Positions 32,891 through 45,579 of a DNA stretch of 64,000 bases are shown piece after piece. The DNA is from Eukaryota sp. TZLM1-RC. Taxonomy: Eukaryota; Protista; Metamonada: BaSk clade. Both the position numbers and the translations under genes were made by a program. The notes beneath the pieces were generated by a model. It was not told the DNA's origin. It was given only the letters and a program-made list of their open reading frames with translations, and did not search any database. Location of the stretch: positions 372,001 to 436,000 of the forward strand of contig JAUPSS010000004.1 of the NCBI GenBank assembly GCA_040285825.1. Reading direction: 5' to 3'. Position 1 is the first letter of the stretch, and each line of letters opens with the position of its first letter.

Positions 32891-33340
32891 AAAAGAAAGA
32901 CTCAGCTTCTATAAAATGAGAATGATGCAGAAAAATTCCATAACGAAATTTTTCTTTCTCCATGCTCATTCATAATTCAGTTACTTCTAAATCTTCTAGA
33001 GAACGCCTAAAAACTCAGTGACTACTTGTTCTGTGTGTAAGACTGTTGGTCAAACAAAACAACATGTCCTTTTCGGATTTAATTTATGTCTTTCGTGTGG
33101 AAAAATTATTCCCCTCTTTAATTATTATATGGAATAATCGTATCATTTTTGCTTTGTACAGAAGTGTTCCCAAGTACTTAAATTTAATGATGTCCAAGCT
33201 GTATAAGGATTCATCAAGAGTTGGCGTGGAGAATTTTGTTTCTTATGTGTTTTGGTTTGTTTCGTTTTGCTTTGTTGAATAACTAACGAAATTGCATCTT
33301 TTCAGTTCAATCAACCCAAACTATCACCATCCCATCCATT

Positions 33341-35815
33341 ATGGTACTACAACTCTTTCACTTACTGTTGTTCACCTCTGTTCTTGGTTTTAATGTTCAC
33401 CTTGTACCCCACAGTCACATCGACCATGGCTGGCTCCACACAATTGATTATTACCAATCAAAAGCATTCACCATTCTTGACTCTGTCTTTGCCTCCTTGT
33501 TAGATGACGCTAATAGAACTTTCACATGGTCAGAGACCTACTATTTCCATAAATGGTTTCTTAATCTAAATACTTCTTCTCAAGCAACATTCAAACTACT
33601 TCTATCCAATGAGCAGTTTACCATGGTTCACGGAGGCTTGGTTTCTAGTGATGAAGCAACAACAACTCTTGAGGGAACCTTTCTTCAGTTTCACAATGGA
33701 TTTAATTTACTTACAGAATTAAATATTTCCCACGCTCCTGTCCTGTTTAATATTGACTCATTTGGGCATTCTCAACATCATTTATATGCAGCTTGTCAAT
33801 TAGGGTTCAAATATGCATTATTGAACCGTATTCATTATGATCAAAAGTCTTTTATTTTCGACTCTCATGAAGGGGTTTTTAACTGGTTTCATGATGATGA
33901 TTGCAGTTTGATTGCTCACCTCTTAGATAATCACTATAGGTCACCTGAAGGTTTTGATTTTGAGAAGGAAGAAATTGAGGAGTTGTCAACTATCAATATT
34001 TGGGAGCGTAGTCAGAAATTAGTTAGTGATCTCTTCAATAGATCAGCGAATTATTGCCAAAATTTTGACAATTGTGAGATTCTAATTCTAATTGGTGATG
34101 ATTTTCGCTTCCTAAATTCTAGTATTCAATTTACTAATTGGGATAAATTAATTTCATTTATTAATTACCATTACCAGAATATCTCTGTCTTCTATTCAAA
34201 TCCGTCCAATTATTTTAATTCGATTCTTGAAAAAAAGAAATCAATAAGTAGATATTCTACCAATTTTTTGCCTTATGCTGATTCTAAATACAGTTATTGG
34301 ACTGGTTTTTACTCAACAAAACCCTATTTAAAATATATAATTAGAAAATTAGAATCTTTTACTCTACTTCTACAGTTTGACAAAGTCACCCAACTCTACA
34401 GTAAGGTCTACAGTAAGGTCTACAGTAGAGTTTTGGAGACGACTTGTCTTCTACAACATCACGATTCCATTACAGCAACGTCGAAGCAAGAGGTTCTTAA
34501 TGATTATGTCGACCGAGCTGAGCAGTCACTACTTTTAATCAATCAATCTGATTATTTTGAACGACTGCCTAATTTTTTGACAGTCAAGAACCCTGGAAAC
34601 CGTCTCATCAAGAGTTTTTCTTTTTCTATTCCAGTAATACATCCTCCTTTCGCTTTAATTAATTCTAAAAACAATTCTGTGCCCTATGTGTTGATCCCTT
34701 CTTCAAAATGTCCTGATCTTGATGTGAGCTGTCCTTCAAAATTTGTGGATGTCACAGTTTACCATACAATAAGGGGTTCTTCTAGGGTTACTTTTCGAGT
34801 GGTAGATGAAGAAAAGAGCCAATACAGAAAAAGGTTTGCAATGGTGAACGTGTTTCTTAAACAGAAGAATTCCACCTTTATTGACCATTTTAATGATTTA
34901 AAAAGGACTTACTTACCAAGAATTTTGTCTTTTTCAAATTACATTGATATTCCAGAAGTTATCGAAACGGGAAACCTTACAATCAAATCAAATGGAATGA
35001 TTGAAAAGTTCAAAAATGAACAATTTTCCACCAATTTCTTTATCTTACCTGCTGGTCGCTCGGGTTCTTATGTATTTAACCCAATACCGACAGCATTATT
35101 AATAAGATTTGACGTGGAAATGGTTATTCTTTCTGAAAGTAGCTTTGGATCCACCGTTGCCTTTTTCACTTCTCTTGGATCTGTTATCAAGTATTCTCAA
35201 AGATTTCAAGAGAATTCTTTCTTTGATTTGTCTTTTTTGATCTTTCCACCTGATAATACTGAAGTTTTTCTTCGTGTAGCCCCAAGTTTTTCCAATTCAA
35301 ATGGTTTCTATCACAATAGCTTACAATATCTCCCTACTGATTCTAATCAACGAGAACCATATCCAAGTCGTATTTTCCCTGCAGTGACGTCAGCTGCATT
35401 GACCAGCCCTGACTCTCACGTTATTGTCGATATTTTTCATTCAATGGGAGCTCATTTTGGTGCTGGTTTTCTTGATTTATTGGTATCTCGACATTCTGAA
35501 AATGATGATTATAAGGGTTTAAATGAAGGAAACCTATCACGTGATGTCTTTAATTATGACCTCATCATATCAATTCTGACTGGGAAACTAGATCACTGTA
35601 GACAGCCAGTTAAGTTTCCTTTTGTTCTTGGTTCTGATAGTTTTCTGCCTGAAATACGGTTCAATCTGGATCAAAACGACCGAGTACTATCCTTTTCTGA
35701 TCGTGGAGCAGTTGTGGAAGTTGAGCTTTTGAAATGTAGTTATTTTGATGGTAATCTTAGACATCTATATGCTACCAAATTAATTTCTAAATGGTCATTA
35801 AACTTTCCTTTGTAA
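33341..35815 (+). CDS. Glycoside hydrolase family 38 alpha-mannosidase (lysosomal type)
   Basis: Signal peptide; VHLVPHSHIDHGW, IDSFGH (nucleophile), GDDF, YWTGFYST, QHHDSITAT. Confidence 0.95.
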   Translation: MVLQLFHLLLFTSVLGFNVHLVPHSHIDHGWLHTIDYYQSKAFTILDSVFASLLDDANRTFTWSETYYFHKWFLNLNTSSQATFKLLLSNEQFTMVHGGLVSSDEATTTLEGTFLQFHNGFNLLTELNISHAPVLFNIDSFGHSQHHLYAACQLGFKYALLNRIHYDQKSFIFDSHEGVFNWFHDDDCSLIAHLLDNHYRSPEGFDFEKEEIEELSTINIWERSQKLVSDLFNRSANYCQNFDNCEILILIGDDFRFLNSSIQFTNWDKLISFINYHYQNISVFYSNPSNYFNSILEKKKSISRYSTNFLPYADSKYSYWTGFYSTKPYLKYIIRKLESFTLLLQFDKVTQLYSKVYSKVYSRVLETTCLLQHHDSITATSKQEVLNDYVDRAEQSLLLINQSDYFERLPNFLTVKNPGNRLIKSFSFSIPVIHPPFALINSKNNSVPYVLIPSSKCPDLDVSCPSKFVDVTVYHTIRGSSRVTFRVVDEEKSQYRKRFAMVNVFLKQKNSTFIDHFNDLKRTYLPRILSFSNYIDIPEVIETGNLTIKSNGMIEKFKNEQFSTNFFILPAGRSGSYVFNPIPTALLIRFDVEMVILSESSFGSTVAFFTSLGSVIKYSQRFQENSFFDLSFLIFPPDNTEVFLRVAPSFSNSNGFYHNSLQYLPTDSNQREPYPSRIFPAVTSAALTSPDSHVIVDIFHSMGAHFGAGFLDLLVSRHSENDDYKGLNEGNLSRDVFNYDLIISILTGKLDHCRQPVKFPFVLGSDSFLPEIRFNLDQNDRVLSFSDRGAVVEVELLKCSYFDGNLRHLYATKLISKWSLNFPL

Positions 35816-36952
35816 GTTATTGGTTGGTTAATTAATCTAAAAAATTGTACTTTTTGGATTTGAAAACAATTCTTCAATCTCAGTGTCTTTTCATTTTCTT
35901 GGTATTTTCATTGAATTTTGCTCATTTTATTTTTTCTGATTTGAGTTGAGGTCTTTATCTTCTTTTCTTTTACTTTAACCCCAGTTTTATTGGAAGTGGA
36001 TTATATTGAACTGATTATAGATAGAGTTTGTTTGTTTATTTATTTATTTATTAATTGCTTTAATGCGTCAACATTTTTGGATTTTTCATTCGGACTGAAT
36101 GCTTAATTGATGAATGAAGCTTTTGGCTTTAGGTCATAATTTACATTTTCAATTTTGTTTCCTTTAGGTCACAATTTACGAAATTTTCTACGTTCCAATC
36201 AATTTACTTTCAAATCTTCCATGAGATCAATCTACAGCTTGGTGATTCAACATTCAATTATATTATTAATTATTTAATTAATTCTTTAATTAAGTTAAGA
36301 TCAAATACTTCATTTTATTTAGTAATGTGATGTGATTTAGAAATGTAGAGTCAACTTAACTTTGCGGATGACTAGTCTTAAGCCATTTTTTAATGATCAA
36401 GACCTTGTTGATTTGGCTTCATTTCTAGTTTTATTAAAAGAATACATCAAAAACTATATTGTCATTCAAAGTAAACTTCAACAATCCTATGTAATTTACA
36501 TTTTAATCAGACGTATTTATTCTTGTGTCCATCAGTTACAATTTGGCTTGTTAGTGTATGTTGGTTTGACTGTGCACATTGATGTGAAATCAACTCAAAA
36601 AAATACAATCACTACAATGCTTTCATCAAACAACTACCAGGTTTTAATGCCTAGTTGGCTCAAAAGTGTACTGTTTTCCGGGTGATTACAGTTGATCTCA
36701 CAGAATTGTGGCAAGGAACTTTTCCTATATGACTCACAAAATTTAAAGCATTTGTCTCTTCATTTGAGCTTATATGTGCCATCATAATGCATCATGATGA
36801 TATAGATCCTTCAAAAGAGGGTCATTATACTTGTTGGAGTGATTGAAACTAAAAACAACAATAATTATGTTTCTCATCTTGCTATAACCATTTTAAGCCA
36901 TAATAAACTGCACTAGCAAAAAACAAATAAGAATATATACAGAAATTACAGA

Positions 36953-37544
36953 CTATTTATTAATTGATAACAAACTAAGCTTATGAATAGCTTCATAGCT
37001 ACATTTATCACGAGCAAGCTCACCCACACTCTCAGAATTGGAAGATAACAGATATCTCTGTCCATCCTCCAACACCAAAAAGCATGAGCAAGTGTTCTTC
37101 GTCTTGCTGGAAATCTGGTCAGACTTGGATGTAAACTCCAATATCTTCTGGACTTCGAGCTTTTGCAGAAGGTTAAACGAAGATCCCTTGTGTTTTTTGA
37201 AAATATCCAGTATTTGTGGCGTTATCTGTGGATTCTCAGTAAAGTATTTCTTCAAAACCATGTCACTGGCAGCGTAAAGAGAAGGATGTTTACGTGGAGC
37301 AGCTCCTTCGCCTGATAACTTGTTGTTCACAGTAACGGAGGAATACCTGACGTGAGGAAAAGAAAGACACATACCACATAACGTCAGAGGTGCTCTCAAG
37401 GTCAAAGTTTATTGAAACACGTTGACCAGCAAATATAGATTTAAGAAATGTTGTGGGGTTGTTCTGAGATCTTCGGTCAAGGAAAGACCTACACTGTGAA
37501 ATAATCACAGTTGGTACAGACGCTTGCCAAAGTGTTTGAACCAT
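36953..37544 (-). CDS. Tandem dsRNA-binding-domain-like protein, 187 aa, two exons (intron 37347-37374)
   Basis: Removing the 28-nt GTATG...CTCACGTCAG intron joins ORFs 37290..37544 and 36953..37405 in frame. NPTTFLK...WYSSVTVNNKLSGEGAAPRKHPSLYAASDMVLKKY fits the dsRBD pattern; a second, weaker repeat follows. Confidence 0.65.
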
Positions 37545-37929
37545 TGTTAAAGATAATACTTATAACAAGGGAATGTGGGTGCTTAATGGACCCAAATTGC
37601 AGTATGAAATTGGAGAATTTGTTCTGTTTAAACTTTGAATCTTTGAACAGCAGTTGCTCTCTGCACTCCTTTAATTCAATAAGCATCATGTACATCCAAA
37701 CATGTTCATGTTAATTATTAAAGCATTTCAAATTCTATTCCACATTTGTTGTTGACTTATAGAAGGAATCCCTTAACAAATAGACATCTCACGCATTTGG
37801 CCTCAGTCCTACAATCTCAGTCTATGCTTCCATGATCTATAAATCATTGTTGATTGCTTCAAGTGATACCTACTTACCTAGCAACCCTTTACCAATACAC
37901 CACACATACCTTTTGCTTGTACCCTCTCA

Positions 37930-39540
37930 ATGGCAAACAAACTACGTGATGTTTTCTTTCTCATCCTCTTCGTGGCTACCATCGTCGTCAACCTCTTCAT
38001 CTCTAGTTATGCATTCCGTAATGGTGATCCTACTCTCCTTTACGTTCCTCTTGACACTGATGCTCTTGCCTGCGGTATAGACTTCCCTGCCCGTCCTGTC
38101 CTTTTCTTCCCCGATCAATTGGACTTTTCTCATTCCATCTGCATTGAAGAGTGTCCTACCACCAACTCTACCACTGAAATCGACGGCACCACCATCCACC
38201 TTTACCCTACATCAAACATCTTCGACCGTTGCCTCTCTCCTTCCATGATTAAACCATTTGCTGATTACTTTGGGGGAGATTTTCTTCACAAAACATTAAT
38301 TGGATTGAGAGGCAGTTCATCGGTTCTTGTTGAATCCCTTTTTCTCACCATTTTTCTTTCCTTTACAACTCTTTTGCTACTCAATTTCACCGCTTCCTTT
38401 ATTGTTTACATTCTGATTGGAGCTGTCTACGTTGCTGCTTGGATGATTACCATAAAGCTACATAATGATTCAAGAGACACTAATGCATCAAATAAGCAGT
38501 TCTATCTCTCTATGGCTGCGTGGTTGGGGTTGCTCATCCTTACAATATCCTTAATTATCTGCAGAAAAGCTATTCGTTTGTCAATTACATTAATAAAACA
38601 AGCGAGAAATGCGTTGAAAGCAATGCCCTCTTTGTTTCTTGCTCCTATTTTAACCTGGTCTTTACTCGTCTGCTTTCTTGTTTTTTACGCTGTTCCTTCT
38701 GTAGCTGGTTACTATTCAACTGGTGAATTTAACTATGAAGATGGTAAACGGTCGTTTGACTTCTCAAGACACACTCAGTTCTTGCTAGGTTTCCATTTCT
38801 TTTTCATGACTTGGATTATTGCCTATTTATTTGCACTTACCACTGCTAGTATTGCTGCGAGTATTTCAGGTTGGTGGACTCATAACTCATCGTTGCCGTT
38901 TAATTGGATACAGAAAATGGGTAAGATTAGCTTATTCAATACTGGTTCTTTGGCTTTTGGTTCTTTCCTAGTTGCATTACTGGCTATATTCAAGGGAATT
39001 GTTAGGTTCATTTATGCTAGAACTCGAAATATTGCAAATAGGCCCGGAATATCGATATTTTCCAAGATTTTGTTCTGTCTTGTCAGTTGTATGGAAAAAG
39101 GTGTCAAGTATCTCAACCGTAATGTGTATATTCTTATTGGAATTGGTAATTATTCCTTCTTTTCTGCGGCAGGTAAGGCCATGGGTCTGTTGTGTAGTAA
39201 CATTAGAAGATCCTTTACATTGAATTTTATCTTGGGAACTCTATTATTTATTCTAAAAATAGGCATTTCTTCTTTTTCCACTTGGATGGTGTCACTGAGG
39301 ATCAAAGATGAAGTTGCTGCTGGTTTTGAAACCGTGTTGGTTGCTTGTTTCTTAATTAGTTTTATTATAGCCTCAATAGTTTTTTCGGTGTTTTCCATTA
39401 TAGTTGAAACTCTTTTCCTATCTTTTTTGATTGAGGAAGGGAGCGCACAGTTTGGAATACTCTCTAGGCGTAATCTTCTGTTTAAAAGTGATGTTGTAGA
39501 TGGATTGGGATCACCAGTGGCTCAGGATGTCACGATGTAA
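37930..39540 (+). CDS. Choline transporter-like (CTL/SLC44) family membrane protein
   Basis: RDVFFL, D...CG, ICIEECP, NTGSLAFGS, KYLNRNVYI, VETLFLSF; about 10 TM segments. Confidence 0.93.
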   Translation: MANKLRDVFFLILFVATIVVNLFISSYAFRNGDPTLLYVPLDTDALACGIDFPARPVLFFPDQLDFSHSICIEECPTTNSTTEIDGTTIHLYPTSNIFDRCLSPSMIKPFADYFGGDFLHKTLIGLRGSSSVLVESLFLTIFLSFTTLLLLNFTASFIVYILIGAVYVAAWMITIKLHNDSRDTNASNKQFYLSMAAWLGLLILTISLIICRKAIRLSITLIKQARNALKAMPSLFLAPILTWSLLVCFLVFYAVPSVAGYYSTGEFNYEDGKRSFDFSRHTQFLLGFHFFFMTWIIAYLFALTTASIAASISGWWTHNSSLPFNWIQKMGKISLFNTGSLAFGSFLVALLAIFKGIVRFIYARTRNIANRPGISIFSKILFCLVSCMEKGVKYLNRNVYILIGIGNYSFFSAAGKAMGLLCSNIRRSFTLNFILGTLLFILKIGISSFSTWMVSLRIKDEVAAGFETVLVACFLISFIIASIVFSVFSIIVETLFLSFLIEEGSAQFGILSRRNLLFKSDVVDGLGSPVAQDVTM

Positions 39541-40464
39541 AAATTTGGTAAATAAAGTTTTGGTTTTTTGAAAATTTGTTTTTTGGGAGACAAGCAGACA
39601 AAAAACCTTTTTTGGCCAGATTTGCTATTTTGCGTGACACGTGCACTTCCGGCTTTGGTCAATATCTATTCTTAACACTCTTTAACATGTTGTTTCTTTT
39701 TGGAAGATAAGGATTGAGTCGTGGTACTTTTTTGTTGCAACCCACTCTATAATTAATGTATCTCTATTTATTTTAGTCAAAGCCAATATACTTCAAAAGA
39801 GAGAACTGCGGCACAAAGAGTTCTTTTAAAGAAGGTCAAGCGGTTTGTCTCAAGAATCCAGGGTGACTGAAAATACAATTCAGAAACAATAAACAAACAG
39901 ATATCTTTAATCATTATGATTCAGAAGCAATTTTACAATGGAAAATGTTTGAGCACATAGTTATTCTTATAAATCAGTTAACCACGACATTAGTTCATGT
40001 CTCTTAACGAAAGTATTCTTGCATTAATATTAAACCTTAAACCTAGTAAAATAGACAAGATGGAAGGAAATTCAAACTCACCAACTTTGGTACAGTTGAG
40101 TCAGACAACATTATTGCTGCACCAACGACTTAATTACTCAAGAGCACTTAATTTCCAGATCTGATTACATACTTAACACCAATTGTGCAACTGAACTACC
40201 AGATATCCAGATGATTTTATGATGAAGAAGACTATTTCACTTTTAAGAAGAAGTGGCAAGTTGTACTATCACATCAATGTACCAATGTATGATAAACAAA
40301 TACACATGGACAGGCCCAAGAATTGACAATGATTATCCTATGGTATTATGGTATTCTTGGTATAGAATTTTTTAGCAAATGTTGATTTCAATTTGTATTA
40401 AAGCAAAAATAACAATAGTTTTCAATCTCCAAACGATTTATTTTCTAAAACTATGGGCTGTACA

Positions 40465-40776
40465 TCAGAGGTCGTTCATTTCGGGCATATGTGGACCACA
40501 TGGAACATCAAAACCTTGACAAACAGGAGTATCCAACCAAAACTTACAGTAGGAGCCGGGATCTAAACTTTCACAGAATTCATGTCCACCACAAGGAACG
40601 TCAATATGTTGGCAAACGGGGATGTGTAACCAGTGCTTACAATAAGAACATGGTCTGAGACTGTTGCAAAATTCGTCACCATTGAAATCATTGTTGTTGT
40701 CGTTGTTATCATTGTGGTCGTGTCCACTAGCAAATGTTAAAGCTAATACTGCTGCTAACAGAAAAAGGTACTTCAT
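40465..40776 (-). CDS. Small secreted protein with two 4-Cys repeats
   Basis: Signal peptide, N/D-rich linker, two copies of EFCxSLxPxSYCKxWLxxPVCQxxDVPCG. Confidence 0.8.
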   Translation of the reverse strand: MKYLFLLAAVLALTFASGHDHNDNNDNNNDFNGDEFCNSLRPCSYCKHWLHIPVCQHIDVPCGGHEFCESLDPGSYCKFWLDTPVCQGFDVPCGPHMPEMNDL

Positions 40777-40892
40777 TGGAGTCGAATAAATGGGTATTTC
40801 CTAGTCAAAGCCCATTTAACTGAGAACTTTACAGTGCTGTAAAGTTTAGGAATTATTTAAAAATGATAAATAATTAATTAAATACGTCTGCA

Positions 40893-42350
40893 TATTTATT
40901 GAATTTGCACACTTAAATAAATTAACTCATAACTAATGGAACGACTATCATTGAACCAACATTTCCTCTGCAAAATCTTGATCTGCTTGCTGTCTAGCTA
41001 AAGCTTCATCTTATTCGATTGAAAAACCGAGCTAATCTATAAATGATGGCAAATTGAATCCGTGAACGCCATAAAAAAATAGCAAATCTTTTCATTGTTT
41101 TTTCTTGCACCATTTTTTGAAAGTCATTCATAAAAGTTTCTGCTTCATCTGATAATCTTCCATTTATCGAAAATGGGAAAGCAATAAAAACCAGCTGTGT
41201 ATTTCTATCGACATTAGCCTCTTCAATAACTTTATCATATTTTCTATGTTTCTCTTTTGCTTTAAAATCAAGAGTAATCACAGGATTAACTTTTCTTATA
41301 TGAACCAAAGTATCATTTGCAACATTACATGAGATAAAGTCAACAATAGCTTCAGAATTATCAATCCAATCACAGTATACATCACCTCTATCATCAGAAC
41401 CAAAATTATTCAGAGAAAGTGTTTCCTTCAGCAGTGGCTCTTTGATACACGATATCCTTGCAGTTTGTGCCATATTGAAAACAGTGTCTCTAACAGCATC
41501 ATGTAATGAAGAACGATAAGTTATCAATTTAGATCAATTCAGGGCATGGCGCAAAGTGAGTTGAGGTGAATTCGAACAAATACATTTTTCTTTTGATAAT
41601 AATTGGTTAATGGGGATATTTAAATATAATCTCATTTTTGTTACAAATGCTTCATTAGCGGCACACAATCCAAATCTTCGTGGTTCAATGGTTACAAAAA
41701 GTGAAGAATCTGATGATTTGCTTTCATAAACACCCTTTTCCAATAATAATGACTGAAAATCTTTCTTTAAAACAGCCGAGCTGCATATATCATTATAAAG
41801 ATCATTTTCATACATTCCAGTCAATCGTTTCTGTAATGTTCGAAGAGTGTACTTCAAATTTAAAACATTCTTTTCTGGGATATTGCCATTGAATGATTGG
41901 GGAAAGCATCGACCCCATGTTTTTGCATCAATTTTTGAAATATCTTCATTTAATGTAAAAACAGTGGAACTTTCCGTTGCCATCAATAAATTTTCCCAAT
42001 CTGCAAATCTTTCGGAAAACTCATTGGATTTTTGCATCCAGCAACAAAAGCACACGAGGTAAGAATAGAAGCCTTCGTCCACCCTAAACCACCATAATGT
42101 GGACTAAGGTAAGTATGGTCTGAAATTTGGAACATTTTATATCCCAGTAATTGATACAGAACTTTTGCACGTAATTTATTAAACTTTTGAGCCAAAGGCT
42201 AGTGACAAGAGGATTTGTAGATCGAAATAAATGATTAAAATTGGAACTAAAACACAGTCTTGTAATGGTAAATTTGATGTGTTTTTGTATACCTAAATTC
42301 ATTTGTATATCTAAATTCACCATTCGGTCAATTTTGTCGGAAATTAAGTT
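40893..42350 (-). mobile_element. Family B non-LTR 3' fragment (unit 1)
   Basis: Frameshifted homolog of 12312-13667 with the same 3' UTR. Confidence 0.9.
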
Positions 42351-42719
42351 TGTTACAATCAGTACGGCAGGATTTCCATTTCAGGAATTTTACTTGATTT
42401 TTCCATTTGAAGTTATTATATGTGGCATAGTCACATACATCAGCCGCTTTATTGACAAAGGCAGTTTTCAAACAGTCATTTCAGGTTGTTTTTACAAAAT
42501 TGATCATCATTTGATATCTTCCTATGGCGCTCTCAAAATGAATTTGTCATTATTAATGGTCTTGGCTGTTCGTTATTACCGAACATACTGTATGAATGTA
42601 AAGAAATTTATTACGCAGAAAATAAAAATTCACTCTACTTGGCTAGCAGTAAAGTACAATAAACTTTAATAACTATAATATAACTATAATAGACTATCAA
42701 ATACTATTCAAGACTAACA
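42351..42719 (-). repeat. 3' LTR of chromovirus, 369 bp
   Basis: Termini TGTTA...TAACA; on the minus strand it is preceded by the purine tract GAAAGAGATAAAAAGACAG. Same length at 60958-61326. Confidence 0.8.
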
Positions 42720-45440
42720 CTGTCTTTTTATCTCTTTCGAGCGACGAGCCCTAGAAGCTCTCATCACAGGATGTGAAGTACTAGTTTTGGGACGCTTCTA
42801 GGATTGGATTTAGTATAGCGACGTGCTTTCGAAGTCTTGGTAAAGTCTTCATACGCGACAGTATTTTGGACTGTAAACATATGTTCGGTGGTCATCTTTT
42901 TTCCCGGCCATTGTACTTGGCAAAAATTACCGTACTGACTGAGCACCTTTTCTATGATGTGTTCTTCGACATCACCAGCTGCAACCCATGAGTGGAACTC
43001 ATCGTTGACAATAACGCTCGAGTGCTAGGGTGCTAAATGTTTGACGCTAGCTTGAACTGTCGTACCTATGCAGAGATTGCTAATATGCACTGACGAATTG
43101 GATACAATCTCAGTTGTTATCAAAGGTCCTAAATAATTTCCATGTAGCTTAGCGGAGGAAATGAAAGCTCTTAAAACCAATTGACCAACTTCAAAAAGAC
43201 TTGGGGTTGTTGATATTTTCAGCTTGGAAGCTTTGAAAGCTTCATGTTGTTGTGCCGCCTTTTCCTGTTTTTCTCAATCTACGAAAATTGATTTCTTGAA
43301 TAAAAGTTGACTCAGACGTCGAGCTTTCAATGATTTCCAGAATTTGCCAGGATCAGATCTAGGCGACACATCAAAACCACAGATCATTTGGTATGGCGTG
43401 TGGTTTGTTATTGAGCTCTGAGAAGAGTTGATCAAAAATTGTACATAAGGCAAATTTTTGGACCACAGGTCGTAGGCGTTGAAGTTTACGAGCAATCTCA
43501 GCAGGTTTTGCAGGATGTCTTTGTTTCGGCGTTCTACCATGCTGTTGGGCTGAAAAAATTCTGGGAATTGACTTTGACACCTTTATGCCCAAAAATTTGC
43601 TCAATTCGTCGAAGACAGCCTTGGAAAATTCGGGTCCATTATCACTGTATATTTGAAATGGGATGCGAAAAATGGCACTGACTGTCAAAATTGATGCATC
43701 TGCAGTAAAATTGGCATTTATTGCTTTTAAAGTGACAATAATCGTGAACCTAGAGAAGCTGTCAATAAATACAAGGATGTGTTTGTGGCCTTTTGGATCT
43801 TCTTGAAGAGGACCAATGACGTCGTCGTTGACACGAGCTAAGGCTTTGTCAGCCCACAATAAACCGGATGGGGGATCGTGCAGTTTGGAAACTGGCTTAG
43901 TTTTCTGACAGGAGTGCCATTCGTTGACGTGCTTGTTCATGTCAGTGAGCATGTTTGGCCACCAATAATCACTGTTTCTGTGCTTGTTCAGGCATTCAGT
44001 TTTGCTTTGGTGGTCTTTTTGTAAAGGTCTGTGCAACAAGTTGAAGGTGTCCTTAATAAGTGATTTGGGAATCACAATTTTGTTGTGAGTCATATATAAA
44101 TCAAGATCATTATTATGCACACAGTTGTTGAAAAAGTGGTCTTTGGAAACTATGGCAAGCTTCTGTTTGAACCTCATCCTACAAAGCCATGGTTCAAAAA
44201 TAAGAAGGTCGTTGGAACAACGTTCTTTGAGGACCATGATGATGTGTTCAAAGTTGTTCAAGTCTTCGATGTAGTATCTTTCGTTTTCAGTTCCATCAAT
44301 TTTATCTACGTTAAACATTGAATGGAAATTTGAAGACGTTTGATGGTACAAATGATTGATCTCATGATGGTTCGTAGGCAAAAATATTCTAGACGACATG
44401 TTTGCATGAACAATATAGCATAGAGTTCCTTTTGGTTAGTTAAACCAGTTCTTTTGACTGTTTGATAACAAACAATTGAAGAAACTGATTGGCCTACGCT
44501 TTTGGTTGATTAAAGGTGCACCGGGGTCTTTGTCAGGTTTAGTTTGACTCCAAATGACTCCACCAACAGCGATATAGGATGTATCGCAACTTATCAGAAC
44601 TTGATTCCTGAATGGAGGTAAGTTGAGAGGCATGTGCATTGCTATCAATTGTTTGATCTGAGTCAGGAGTTTATAGTGCATGTCGGTCCATTGAAGGCGT
44701 TGCGCTCTGCGTTTGGATTTAACGTTTTCGTTGTTCCCCTCCTCATTCTGAATCAGTTTGATGATAAGAGCAATGAGCTCAAATACATGTAGCAGCCATT
44801 TTTTGACAAAGTTGACTGATTCTACAGGGTTGCCGACGTCCTTCACCGACTTTGGTCTAGCAAGATTCAACAGAGATTCGGTCCAAGTGGGATCTATTGT
44901 CCTTGTTTTGTTCTGAAAAACACTGCCCAATATCTTTATTGGGTGTTTAGACGACACGAGGTGGCGCTTTGCAAATCCCAAGGATACTTTTTCGGATCTT
45001 GCTTGCTCAAGGTTATGCTTGAGGTGGTCGTGGAATTCGTCAAAGGTTGTACCTATGGCTATTTTGGCATCTATGCAAATGAATATTCCTTCTTCAGAGA
45101 AGCTGTCAGTCATGACGTTTTGGAATTCAACTGGGACATTCTTGAGGCCGTAAGCTGCACGTTTGACCATGATGCTTTTGCAGGGAATGTTCAGGACTGT
45201 TTTCTGCCAGTGTTTTTTAGCAATCTTCAGTTCCCAAAAAAACTTTGGAAAGGTCAAAAGTGGCTATGTAGTTCGCTTGGGAGAGAAAGATTAGCACATT
45301 CGTTCAACAGGGGCTCAACAAAAATGGTGTTGGCGTTAACTCCTTTGGCTCTCATAAAGGTGATGTATCCAGTAGACAGAATGCGTTTCAAGTCAATGAT
45401 CCCAATGCTAATGTACTTGCTGTGAATGGTGATAAAGTTC
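42351..45440 (-). mobile_element. Degenerate, 5'-truncated Ty3/gypsy chromovirus (RT-RH-IN-chromodomain-LTR), unit 1
   Basis: YGLKNVP and CIDAK (decayed YIDD), CDTSYIAVGG (RNase H), YWWPNM..CQ, DVIGP, IDSFSRF, SDNGPEF, VERRN, chromodomain 42764..42946. Confidence 0.92.
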
Positions 45441-45579
45441 CCTTCTTGGTGGAAAAGAAATAGAAAAGAAATAGTTTACATTGATTTATTGTCCTATATA
45501 TATAGGTTTGCTCACTGGGAGAAAGTTGATCTTTTGCTTCAAGAGATGATTATTCACAATTTCTATCATTAAGTCTAGT

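Noticed and set aside
39790-40260. Possible decayed integrase or other coding remnant
   Set aside because: Only a weak FKEGQAVCLK resemblance, with too many stops to call.
44943-45425. 160-aa plus-strand ORF (copy at 54811..55293) and other short antisense ORFs over TEs
   Set aside because: Antisense shadows of pol or RLE frames, repeated only because the DNA is duplicated.
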